From Elusimicrobiota bacterium (GTDB lineage Bacteria > Elusimicrobiota > Elusimicrobia > Elusimicrobiales > UBA9959): a stretch of DNA of 64,000 nt. The position numbers were made by a program, and so were the translations under genes. The DNA lies in contig DAIENX010000007.1 of assembly GCA_027340875.1 (NCBI GenBank), positions 1-64,000 on the forward strand, given 5' to 3'. Of the stretch, positions 56,034 to 64,000 are shown in pieces (the first letter of the stretch is position 1; every line of letters starts with the position of its first letter). The notes beneath the pieces were generated by a model that was given only the letters and a program-made list of their open reading frames with translations, was not told the origin of the DNA and did not search any database.

Positions 56034-56843
56034 ATGGCGACCAAGATACATCCCACGGCGGTGATAGACCCTAAGGCCCAGATCGACAACGACGTAGAGA
56101 TAGGCCCGCTGACCGTGATAGGCGAGGACGTGCAAATAGGCGCCGGCACGAAGATAGGCCCGCACTGCATCCTCGAGTTCTGCACCGTCGGCAAGAACAA
56201 CTGGCTCACCGGCGCCGCCTACGTGGGCATGCCGCCGCAGGACTGGAGCTACAAGGGCGAGCACAAGCGCTTCATCATGGGCGACTCCAACGTGATCCGC
56301 GAGAACGTCACGCTGCACCGCGGCGCGCACACCGACATCACTACGATGGGCTCCAACTGCATGCTGATGGCCAACTCGCATATCGGCCACGACTGCCGCG
56401 TCGGGAACAACGTCATCATGGTCAACTGCGCCTCCGCCGCCGGCCACGTGGAGATAGGCGACAGGGCGCTGATCAGCGGCCTCGCCGGCATACACCAGTT
56501 CACGCGCATAGGCAGGTTCGCGATGATCTCCGGAGGCGGCATGGCCAACCAGGACATCATCCCCTACGTCACCGCGCAGGGCGACCGCGCCAAGCCCGTC
56601 GGCCTGAATCTGGTCGGCATGAGGCGCAACGGCTTCACCCGCGAGCAGATAAAGGCCGTAAAGCACGTTTTCAAGACCCTGTTCTTCCGCGGCCTGCTGC
56701 TGAAGGACGCGGTGGCGAAGCTCCGCGCCGATAACCTGCCCGCCGAAGCCGCGCTGATCCTCGACTTCGTCGAGGCCTCCAAGCGCGGCATAGCGAGGCC
56801 GCGCCGCAACGCAGGCTCGCTGGAGAAGGACCTGGCAGACTGA
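56034..56843 (+). CDS. lpxA: Acyl-ACP--UDP-GlcNAc acyltransferase
   Basis: IHPTAVI, PQD..Y.GE, HIGHDC, HQFTRIG, GLNLVGMRR. Confidence 0.95.
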   Translation: MATKIHPTAVIDPKAQIDNDVEIGPLTVIGEDVQIGAGTKIGPHCILEFCTVGKNNWLTGAAYVGMPPQDWSYKGEHKRFIMGDSNVIRENVTLHRGAHTDITTMGSNCMLMANSHIGHDCRVGNNVIMVNCASAAGHVEIGDRALISGLAGIHQFTRIGRFAMISGGGMANQDIIPYVTAQGDRAKPVGLNLVGMRRNGFTREQIKAVKHVFKTLFFRGLLLKDAVAKLRADNLPAEAALILDFVEASKRGIARPRRNAGSLEKDLAD

Positions 56844-57685
56844 TGGGCGAAAAGATCGGCATCATCGCGGGCGGAGGCAGCTTCCCGCTGCTGTTCGCCG
56901 CCGAGGCCAAAAAGGCGGGCCGCGAGGTCTACGCCGTAGCGCTCAACGACATAACCTCCAGGGACATCGAGCTGTCCGCCGCCGAGACCGCCTGGTTCCG
57001 GCTGGGCAACATAGGCGGGCCGATAGATTTCTTCAAGAAGAACGGCGTGACGCGCACGCTGATCGCCGGTTCCGTGCAGCACGTCAACGTCTTCGGCGGC
57101 ATCCTGCCGGACCTGCGCGGCGCGAAGCTGCTGCTGAAGCTCCGCGACAAGAAGGCCAACTCCATCTTTTCCGCCATCGCGGACGAGCTGGCCGCGGACG
57201 GCATAGAGGTAGCCAGCTCCGCCACGCTGCTCGAACACCTGCTCGTCAAGCCCGGCCTCCTCGCCGGCCGGCATCCCGGTTCCGACACCCTCAAGACCGC
57301 GGCCTACGGCTGGAAGGCCGCGAAGGCCCTGGCCGCGCTGGATATAGGCCTCACGGTGGTCCTGCGCGACCAGGTCGTAGTAGCCGCGGAGGGGATAGAG
57401 GGAACCGACGCGTGCATAAAGCGCGCCGGCGCGCTGACCCGGGAGAAGGGCGGGGAACTCACCGTCGTGAAGGTAGCGCGTCCCGGACAGGACATGCGCT
57501 TCGACCTGCCGGTGGCCGGCGCCAGCACGCTCAAGGTCATGAAGGAAGCCGGCGCCGCGACGCTCGTGCTGGAAGCCGGCAAGACCCTGATCCTCGGCCT
57601 GGACGATTTTCTAACCGCCGCAGCCGAGACCGGCATCTCCGTACTCGGCGCTGACGACAACACCTTCAAGGACGAGCCGGTCTAG
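56843..57685 (+). CDS. lpxI: UDP-2,3-diacylglucosamine pyrophosphatase LpxI
   Basis: GIIAGGG..P, LDIG, EGIEGTD, QDMRFDLP. Confidence 0.9.
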   Translation: MGEKIGIIAGGGSFPLLFAAEAKKAGREVYAVALNDITSRDIELSAAETAWFRLGNIGGPIDFFKKNGVTRTLIAGSVQHVNVFGGILPDLRGAKLLLKLRDKKANSIFSAIADELAADGIEVASSATLLEHLLVKPGLLAGRHPGSDTLKTAAYGWKAAKALAALDIGLTVVLRDQVVVAAEGIEGTDACIKRAGALTREKGGELTVVKVARPGQDMRFDLPVAGASTLKVMKEAGAATLVLEAGKTLILGLDDFLTAAAETGISVLGADDNTFKDEPV

Positions 57686-57712
57686 CCTCCGGGGCCCTCC
57701 GCTGGCACAGCG

Positions 57713-58357
57713 ATGAACGAGCTGCTCTACAAGAACTCCCCCGGACACTGGCTGCTCTCGCTGCTGGCGCGCTTCTACATACGTTTCCTCGGCCTGACCT
57801 CCCGCATACACATCAAAGGACGCAGGCATCACCCCGGCCCCGCCGTCTACGCTCTGTGGCACCGGCAGGAGGTGCTGATGATCTGGCTGCACCGCGGCAA
57901 GGGGCTCTGCGGCCTGGTCAGCCAGAGCAAGGACGGGGAGTACATGGCCCGCATCCTGCTCGGCATGGGCTTCAACGTGATACGCGGCTCCTCGACCACC
58001 GGCGGCTCGCAGGCCCTGCGCGCCCTCACCAAGGCGGCCAGGGCCGGCTACTCCATAGCCGTCACGCCCGACGGCCCGAAGGGCCCCATCTTCAAGGTAC
58101 ACCCCGGCAGCGTCTTCATAGCGCAGAAGGCCGGAATACCGATAATCCCCGCCGCCTGCGCGCTGTCGAACAAGAAGATACTCCGCAGCTGGGACAAGTA
58201 CCAGTTCCCGCTGCCTTTCGGCCGCATAGAGGCCGTCTACGGCGAGCCGCTCTTCGTGGCCGAGACCGACGACGTCCAGGCCAAGGCCCTGGAACTGGAA
58301 ACCAGGCTCAACGCCCTCACCGAAGAAGCCGAAAAGCTGCTCGCCGCCGGGAACTGA
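57713..58357 (+). CDS. DUF374 lysophospholipid acyltransferase-family protein
   Basis: WH, SQSKDGE, RGSS..GG, TPDGPKGP, SWD...PLPF. Confidence 0.88.
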   Translation: MNELLYKNSPGHWLLSLLARFYIRFLGLTSRIHIKGRRHHPGPAVYALWHRQEVLMIWLHRGKGLCGLVSQSKDGEYMARILLGMGFNVIRGSSTTGGSQALRALTKAARAGYSIAVTPDGPKGPIFKVHPGSVFIAQKAGIPIIPAACALSNKKILRSWDKYQFPLPFGRIEAVYGEPLFVAETDDVQAKALELETRLNALTEEAEKLLAAGN

Positions 58358-58358
58358 C

Positions 58359-60365
58359 ATGCGGGACCAGGGGCGATATCCTCAGCTCCTTTTCAGCGCC
58401 ACCGCCTTTCTGGGCTCCTTCCTGCTGTTCCAGCTGGAGCTGCTGGCCGGCTCCGCCGTGCTGCCGCTGTTCGGCGGCGGCTACTACGTCTGGACCGTCT
58501 GCCTGCTGTTCTACCAGGCCGTGCTCGTCGCCGGCTACGCCTATGCGCTGCTGCTCTCCGAGAGACTGCCTGGCCGGCGGCTTCTTTCCCTGCACCTGGC
58601 GCTGCTGGCCGCGGCGCTGGCGCTGTTCTCCGGGCGCTTCCACGGCCAGGTGCTGGCCGCGCCGATAGGGGACCTGCTGGCGCGGCTCGCCCTCTTCATA
58701 GGCCTGCCGTTCCTGGTCCTATCCGCGTCCACGACGCTCTGCCACCGGCTGCTGGCCGAGACAGGCAGCCGCAGCCCGTTCAGGGTCTTCGCGTGGTCCA
58801 ACGCCGGGTCGCTGGCCGGCATGCTCTCCTTCTCGCTGCTCGTCGAGCCGCGCCTGGCCGCGCCGCAGACGGTGCACCTATGGCGCTGGCTGTTCGGCGG
58901 CTACATACTGCTGCTGCTCGCCGCGCGCGCGGCCTTCACGTATTCCCCGGCACCGCCGACCCCTCCGGCGGGAACAGAGCGCCCCCGCTGGGCGCTCTGG
59001 CTGGCGCTGCCGGCGGCCACCTCCGCCATGCTCGCCGCCGTCACCAGCTACCAGAGCTCGGCCACGGCTTCGATGCCGCTGACCTGGATGATACCGCTGT
59101 CGGCCTACCTGTTCTCGTATGCACTGCTGTTCTCCGGCCGCGAATTCCGGACCGGCACCCTGCGCTTCTTCCTCTTCGGACTGCTTGCCGTCCTGCTGTT
59201 CCTGTTGTGGCGGATGCAGGCCCCGGTCAGCACCGCGCTGGTGGCCCTGCTGAACTGGGCGCTTCTCTTCGTCTGCGTGGCCGCGCACCGCGAGCTCTAC
59301 GGGGCCAGGCCGCGCGACCCGGCGCTGGCCCCGCGCTTCTACCTCGCGATGGGCCTCGGCGGCGTACTGGGCACGGCGCTGGTCACGCCTGCAGGGGCTT
59401 TGCGCTTCGGCTACGGCTTCGCCGACCTCTATATAGCCGCGGCCGCCCTGATCGGCGCGATGTCGTACGCCGCCGGCCGGCAGAAAGGGTTCGGAGGACG
59501 CGCCGCGCTGGCCTCGCTGCTGCTCTTGGGGGCGATAGTCTGGGGCGGGGCGAAGGTCTCCGGCGAATCCACGGTCTTCGCGCTGCGCAACTTCTACGGC
59601 ATGTACCGCGTGGAGGAGGACAGGGCCGCCGGCATACGCCGCTTCGTGCACGGCGCCACCGTGCACGGCATACAGCGCATCTCCGGCGGCGCCGAGGGCC
59701 AGGCCACCACCTACTACGCGGCCGGCTCCCCTATCAGCGAGGTGCTGAACTCCTTCCCGGCCGAGCGCGTGGGGGCCGTGGGGCTGGGGATCGGGGTGAG
59801 TTGCGCGGACGCGAAGCCCGGCACCGAGTGGACCTTCTACGAGCTGGACCCGGACGTCGAGATGATAGCCAGTAAATACTTCTCGTTCCTGCCGCGCTGC
59901 CGGGCGAAGGTCTCGGTGATCACCGGCGACGCGAGGGTGAACCTGGCCAAGGCTCCCCCTGGCTGCTACGATCTGCTCTACCTCGACGCCTTCACCGGCG
60001 GCGCCGTCCCGTTCCATCTGCTGACAAAGGAAGCGCTGGAACTCTATAAGGAGAAGCTGAAGCCGGGCGGGCTGATGGTCTTCCATGTCTCCGCCAACTT
60101 CCTGGACATCTCGCCGGTGATAGCCATGTCAGCGGAAGCGGCCGGCCTGCGGAGCCTCTACAAGGAGATCTCCTACGACCCCTCGGACCCGGCCCGCCTG
60201 AGCTCCGAATGGCTGGCCGTGACGGATGATCCGTCCCACCTTCGGACGCTGAGGGCCAGCGGCTGGACCGCGGCTTCGGTGCCGCAGGGCTGGCGGGTCT
60301 GGACCGACGACTACCGCGACGTGCTGAAAGCCCTGAAATTCCGACCCGGCCCGTTGCGGCCGTAA
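58359..60365 (+). CDS. Membrane protein fused to a spermidine synthase-like SAM-binding domain
   Basis: Multi-TM N-terminus, RNFYG, HGATVHG, GLGIG, ELDP, GDAR, LDAF, WTDD. Confidence 0.88.
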   Translation: MRDQGRYPQLLFSATAFLGSFLLFQLELLAGSAVLPLFGGGYYVWTVCLLFYQAVLVAGYAYALLLSERLPGRRLLSLHLALLAAALALFSGRFHGQVLAAPIGDLLARLALFIGLPFLVLSASTTLCHRLLAETGSRSPFRVFAWSNAGSLAGMLSFSLLVEPRLAAPQTVHLWRWLFGGYILLLLAARAAFTYSPAPPTPPAGTERPRWALWLALPAATSAMLAAVTSYQSSATASMPLTWMIPLSAYLFSYALLFSGREFRTGTLRFFLFGLLAVLLFLLWRMQAPVSTALVALLNWALLFVCVAAHRELYGARPRDPALAPRFYLAMGLGGVLGTALVTPAGALRFGYGFADLYIAAAALIGAMSYAAGRQKGFGGRAALASLLLLGAIVWGGAKVSGESTVFALRNFYGMYRVEEDRAAGIRRFVHGATVHGIQRISGGAEGQATTYYAAGSPISEVLNSFPAERVGAVGLGIGVSCADAKPGTEWTFYELDPDVEMIASKYFSFLPRCRAKVSVITGDARVNLAKAPPGCYDLLYLDAFTGGAVPFHLLTKEALELYKEKLKPGGLMVFHVSANFLDISPVIAMSAEAAGLRSLYKEISYDPSDPARLSSEWLAVTDDPSHLRTLRASGWTAASVPQGWRVWTDDYRDVLKALKFRPGPLRP

Positions 60366-60443
60366 TCCCCCATATTTAGTAGAATAATAAGATTGACGGG
60401 CCGCGCGGCCGGTCCGCGCTATCCGTTTTCTTTGAGGACACTT

Positions 60444-61514
60444 ATGGCTGACAAAGAGAAGAAACTGAGGTTCGGCGTCGTAGGCGCCGGCAAACTGGGC
60501 GGCTTCCATACACGCACCCTTTCGACCATGCCCGAAGTGGAGCTGGTCGGGGTCTCCGACCCCAACCTGCTGCGGGCCCAGGTGCTGGCCTGGCGCCACA
60601 ACTGCGTGGCCTATAAGACCGTGGAGGAGCTGCTCAACCAGGTGGACGCGCTGGTGATAGCCGCCCCCACCGAATACCACGCCGAACTGGGCGTGAAGGC
60701 CCTGTCGGCAGGCGTGCACGTGCTGATGGAGAAACCGATAACGAATTCCGAGGAGGGCGCCCGCAAGCTGCTGGACCTCTCCGAGAAGAACAAGGTGGTC
60801 CTGCAGGTTGGGCACTCCGAGCGCTTCAACGCGGCCGTCGTGGAAACGATGAAGCACGTCAAGAACCCGCGCTACGTCACGATAGAGCGCCTCGGGCCGT
60901 ACGACCCGCGCGTGGCCGCCACCGGCGTCACGCTGGACCTGATGATCCACGACCTTGACATCATCCTCACGATGATAGACTCCGAGATAGAGTCCTTCGA
61001 GGCCATCGGGGCCAGCATGCTGTCCAACCACGAGGACATCTCCAACGTGCGCCTGAAGTTCCGGAACGGCTGCGTGGCGGACATCACGGCCAGCCGCGCC
61101 ACGATGGAAGCCTCCCGTCGCATGCGCATCTACCAGCAGGACGCCTACATCTCGGTGGACTACGTCAGCTCCCGGCTCAAGATCTACACGAAGAAGAACC
61201 CCGTGATAAAATCGCTGCGCGACATAGAGATCACCTACCCTAAGTTCGCGCCGAAACAGCCGATCCGCGAGGAGCTGTACCATTTCATAGACTGCATCAA
61301 GACCTCCAAGACCCCGACGCCCAGCGGCGAGAAGGGCCTGAAGGCGCTGCGGCTGGCGCTCGACATCACCGACAAGATGCGCCGCTTCGAGGTCTCCGGC
61401 TCCAAGACCGAGCAGTCTCCCGAGTCCATCTCGGGAACGCTGGCCGACATAGGCAAGGTCACCAAGGTCCTGGTGGAGGAAAGCCTCAAGAACGCCGGGA
61501 TAGACAAGCACTAG
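60444..61514 (+). CDS. Gfo/Idh/MocA oxidoreductase, GnnA-like
   Basis: GVVGAGKLG, EKP, GHSERFN, DLMIHDLD; adjacent to lpxB; GAGGA RBS. Confidence 0.88.
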   Translation: MADKEKKLRFGVVGAGKLGGFHTRTLSTMPEVELVGVSDPNLLRAQVLAWRHNCVAYKTVEELLNQVDALVIAAPTEYHAELGVKALSAGVHVLMEKPITNSEEGARKLLDLSEKNKVVLQVGHSERFNAAVVETMKHVKNPRYVTIERLGPYDPRVAATGVTLDLMIHDLDIILTMIDSEIESFEAIGASMLSNHEDISNVRLKFRNGCVADITASRATMEASRRMRIYQQDAYISVDYVSSRLKIYTKKNPVIKSLRDIEITYPKFAPKQPIREELYHFIDCIKTSKTPTPSGEKGLKALRLALDITDKMRRFEVSGSKTEQSPESISGTLADIGKVTKVLVEESLKNAGIDKH

Positions 61515-61534
61515 CCGGAGCGCCCTACTCAACC

Positions 61535-62683
61535 ATGGCCAAGATAGCACCCTCGAACAAGAACATTCTGGTGGTTGCAGGCGACCCCTCCGGCGACCTG
61601 CACGCCGCCAACCTGATACGCGCCCTGCAGGCCAAAGACCCGGAGATCACCGTCACCGGCATAGGCGGAGTGCGGATGCAGGAGGTCTCAACCCACTTCA
61701 TCTACAACCTGGTCTCGGTCGGCGCCGTGGGCTTCTCGGAACCGTTCAAGCACTTCTTCCTGTGGCTAAAGCTGATCAAGCTGGTCAGGCGCTACATGGA
61801 GGAGCGGCGCCCGGCCTGCGTGATAGCGGTGGACTTCTACGGCTTCAACCACCAGGTGCTGGGCCTGGCCGCCCACCGCAAGATCCCCGCGTTCTACTAC
61901 ATAAGCCCGCAGGTCTGGGCCAGCCGCGCCGGCCGGGCCGCCAAGATCGCCAAGCTGACCAAGGAGATCTTCGTGATCTTCCCGTTCGAGGAGGAGCTCT
62001 ACAGGAAGGCCGGCGGCAACCCTTCCTTCGTCGGCCACCCGCTGCTGGACATCATGCCGGAGCCGGAGAAGCGCGAGGGCCTGCCCCCCGGAGGAGAGCT
62101 GCGCATCGGCATACTGCCTGGCTCGCGCAAGACCGAGATCTACCGCCACCTGCCGCTGTTCGTCAAGGCGTTCTACCGCATAAAGGAGCAGCACCCGAAG
62201 GCCCGCGCCTACCTGTTCGCCGTGCCGGAATTCCCGGACGAGGCGATGGTGCCGGCGCTCGAGGAAGCCGAGAAGTACTGGTCCAAGGACGTCGAGATAG
62301 TCCGCGAGAAGGACTACCGCGAGCGCGCCAAGCTCGACTTCGCCTTCACCTGCTCCGGCACGGCCACGCTCGAGAACGCGCTGCTCGGCGTGCCGATGGC
62401 CGTCGCCTACAAGATGCAGAAGCTCACCTACGAGGTGGCAAAGCTAGTCGTCAAGACGCCGTATATCTCGCTGGTCAACATCCTGCTGAAGCGCCCCGCC
62501 GTCAAGGAGCTGATACAGGACAAGGCCACGGTCGACAACCTGGCCCAGGAGGCCTTCGCCTACATCAACAACCCGCCGCGCATGCAGGCGGCCCGCAAGG
62601 AGCTGATAGCGATGCGCTCCCTGCTGGGCGAGCGCGGGGCCGCGCGCCGCGCGGCCGACAAGATCCTGGCGCACCTTTCATGA
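61535..62683 (+). CDS. lpxB: Lipid-A-disaccharide synthase
   Basis: AGDPSGD, PQVWA, FVGHPL, LPGSR, SGTATLE. Confidence 0.95.
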   Translation: MAKIAPSNKNILVVAGDPSGDLHAANLIRALQAKDPEITVTGIGGVRMQEVSTHFIYNLVSVGAVGFSEPFKHFFLWLKLIKLVRRYMEERRPACVIAVDFYGFNHQVLGLAAHRKIPAFYYISPQVWASRAGRAAKIAKLTKEIFVIFPFEEELYRKAGGNPSFVGHPLLDIMPEPEKREGLPPGGELRIGILPGSRKTEIYRHLPLFVKAFYRIKEQHPKARAYLFAVPEFPDEAMVPALEEAEKYWSKDVEIVREKDYRERAKLDFAFTCSGTATLENALLGVPMAVAYKMQKLTYEVAKLVVKTPYISLVNILLKRPAVKELIQDKATVDNLAQEAFAYINNPPRMQAARKELIAMRSLLGERGAARRAADKILAHLS

Positions 62684-64000
62684 CGCAGGTCCAGGACCCT
62701 TCCCGGAAGATAACGGGCGAGCAGTTCAAGAAGCTCGCCCGGGCTCTGTTCGCCTACCTGAAGCCGTACAAGCGCCGCCTGCTGCAGGCGGCCGGCTCTA
62801 TGGTCGTGCTCGCGCTGATCAAGAACCTGATCATCTACGTCTCCGGCCCGGTGATCAAGGGCGTCTTCATGGACAAGAACGAGCACCTGCTGATGCTCGT
62901 CGTGACGGGCCTGCCGGTGCTGTTCGTGCTGCGCATGCTGGTGGAGTACACCAACGCCTACCTGATGAGCTGGGTCGGCCAGAAGGCCGTGCAGGACATC
63001 CGCGGCGACCTGTTCGACCACGTGCACCGGCTCTCGCTCGAGTTCTACTGGCGGCGCCGCTCCTCCGACGTGATGAGCCGCGTCATCAACGACCTCAACA
63101 ATGTGCAGAGCACGGTGCAGTTCATCCCGCTCTACGGCATCCGCGACGTGCTGACGGTCATCGGCTGCATCGGGGTGCTGTTCTACATCAACTGGCGCCT
63201 GGCTCTTATCTCTCTGATAGTGCTGCCGGCCGTGGGCGGCATACTGGGAGTGCTGGGCAAGAAGATGCGCCGCGCCTCCGCCGAGAGCAACGTGATAGTG
63301 GGCGATATCTCGCACCGCTTCCAGGAGAGCCTGCAGGGCATCACCGTGGTCAAGGCCTTCAACTACGAGGACCAGGCCATAGCCCGCTTCAAGGTCTCCA
63401 ACGACGCCTACTTCTCCAAGATGATGCGCTACCTGCGCGCCACCGCGATGAGCGGCCCGGTGATGGAGCTGATCAGCGGCATGGTGATGGTCGCCATCCT
63501 CTACATGAGCGGCAAGGCCATCTTCTCCGGCACGATGACGACCGCGAACTTCTTCTCTTTTCTGATGGGCTACCTGACGGCCTACGTGCCGCTGAAGAAC
63601 ATCGGCAACATGAATTCCAAGCTGCAGCAGGGCATGGCGGCCTGGGAACGCATCCACCAGATCCTCGAGGAGAAGCCGGCCGTGGTGGTGAAGGCCGAGA
63701 CCAAGAACATAGATAAGCTGGCCGGAAAGATAGAGTTCCGGAACGTCGGCTACAAGTACCCGTCCCGGGACACGCAGGTGCTCAAGGACCTCTCGTTCAC
63801 GATCAATCCCGGAGAGGTGGCCGCCTTCGTGGGGCCCTCCGGCTCCGGCAAGACCACGATAGTCCACATGCTGCTGCGCTTCTTCGACCCGGTCAGCGGC
63901 CGCATAGAGGTGGACGGCCACGACATGCTGGACCTGGACACCACCGACCTGCGGGCGCACATGGGCCTGGTCACGCAGGATACGATACTGTTCGACGACA
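62680..64000 (+). CDS. msbA: Lipid A flippase ABC transporter (partial, runs off the window)
   Basis: ATGA overlap with lpxB; TM domain then Walker A GPSGSGKT; manually read. Confidence 0.85.
   Translation, partial: MTQVQDPSRKITGEQFKKLARALFAYLKPYKRRLLQAAGSMVVLALIKNLIIYVSGPVIKGVFMDKNEHLLMLVVTGLPVLFVLRMLVEYTNAYLMSWVGQKAVQDIRGDLFDHVHRLSLEFYWRRRSSDVMSRVINDLNNVQSTVQFIPLYGIRDVLTVIGCIGVLFYINWRLALISLIVLPAVGGILGVLGKKMRRASAESNVIVGDISHRFQESLQGITVVKAFNYEDQAIARFKVSNDAYFSKMMRYLRATAMSGPVMELISGMVMVAILYMSGKAIFSGTMTTANFFSFLMGYLTAYVPLKNIGNMNSKLQQGMAAWERIHQILEEKPAVVVKAETKNIDKLAGKIEFRNVGYKYPSRDTQVLKDLSFTINPGEVAAFVGPSGSGKTTIVHMLLRFFDPVSGRIEVDGHDMLDLDTTDLRAHMGLVTQDTILFDD

Overview
GC-rich diderm bacterial chromosome segment (lipid A operon present; gene content and protein style suggest Elusimicrobiota, which is inference only). 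The main feature is a ~24 kb, 23-gene, translationally coupled minus-strand operon (41903 down to 18122) behind a near-consensus sigma70 promoter and a ~185-nt structured leader. It encodes a His-Xaa-Ser repeat precursor peptide (HxsA-like), HxsB and HxsD, 14 radical SAM genes in total, a NifH-like ATPase fused to a degenerate NifD-like module, a NifK/E-like subunit, an A24 prepilin-type peptidase, a possible ABBA/LynF-type prenyltransferase and two secreted proteins sharing a Cys-rich domain. Directly upstream is a second, separate RiPP-like locus. It has an unannotated 36-aa ORF (43982-44092) behind a perfect TTGACA-17-TATAAT promoter, followed by an RRE-like rSAM/SPASM enzyme, with a divergent B12-dependent rSAM and a convergent FAD oxidoreductase. 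Three HemN-like rSAMs are interleaved with ygeW/ygeY/carbamate kinase catabolic genes, giving 19 rSAM genes within 12.2-45.7 kb. The window also holds secreted proteins sharing an upstream DNA motif, an RNase/barstar pair, a PIN-PhoH gene, and a bamA-skp-lpxD-lpxC-fabZ-lpxA-lpxI-...-lpxB-msbA operon with a candidate structured RNA between lpxD and lpxC. No rRNA, tRNA, CRISPR array or transposase was recognised. All family calls are by motif recognition by eye, not database searches.
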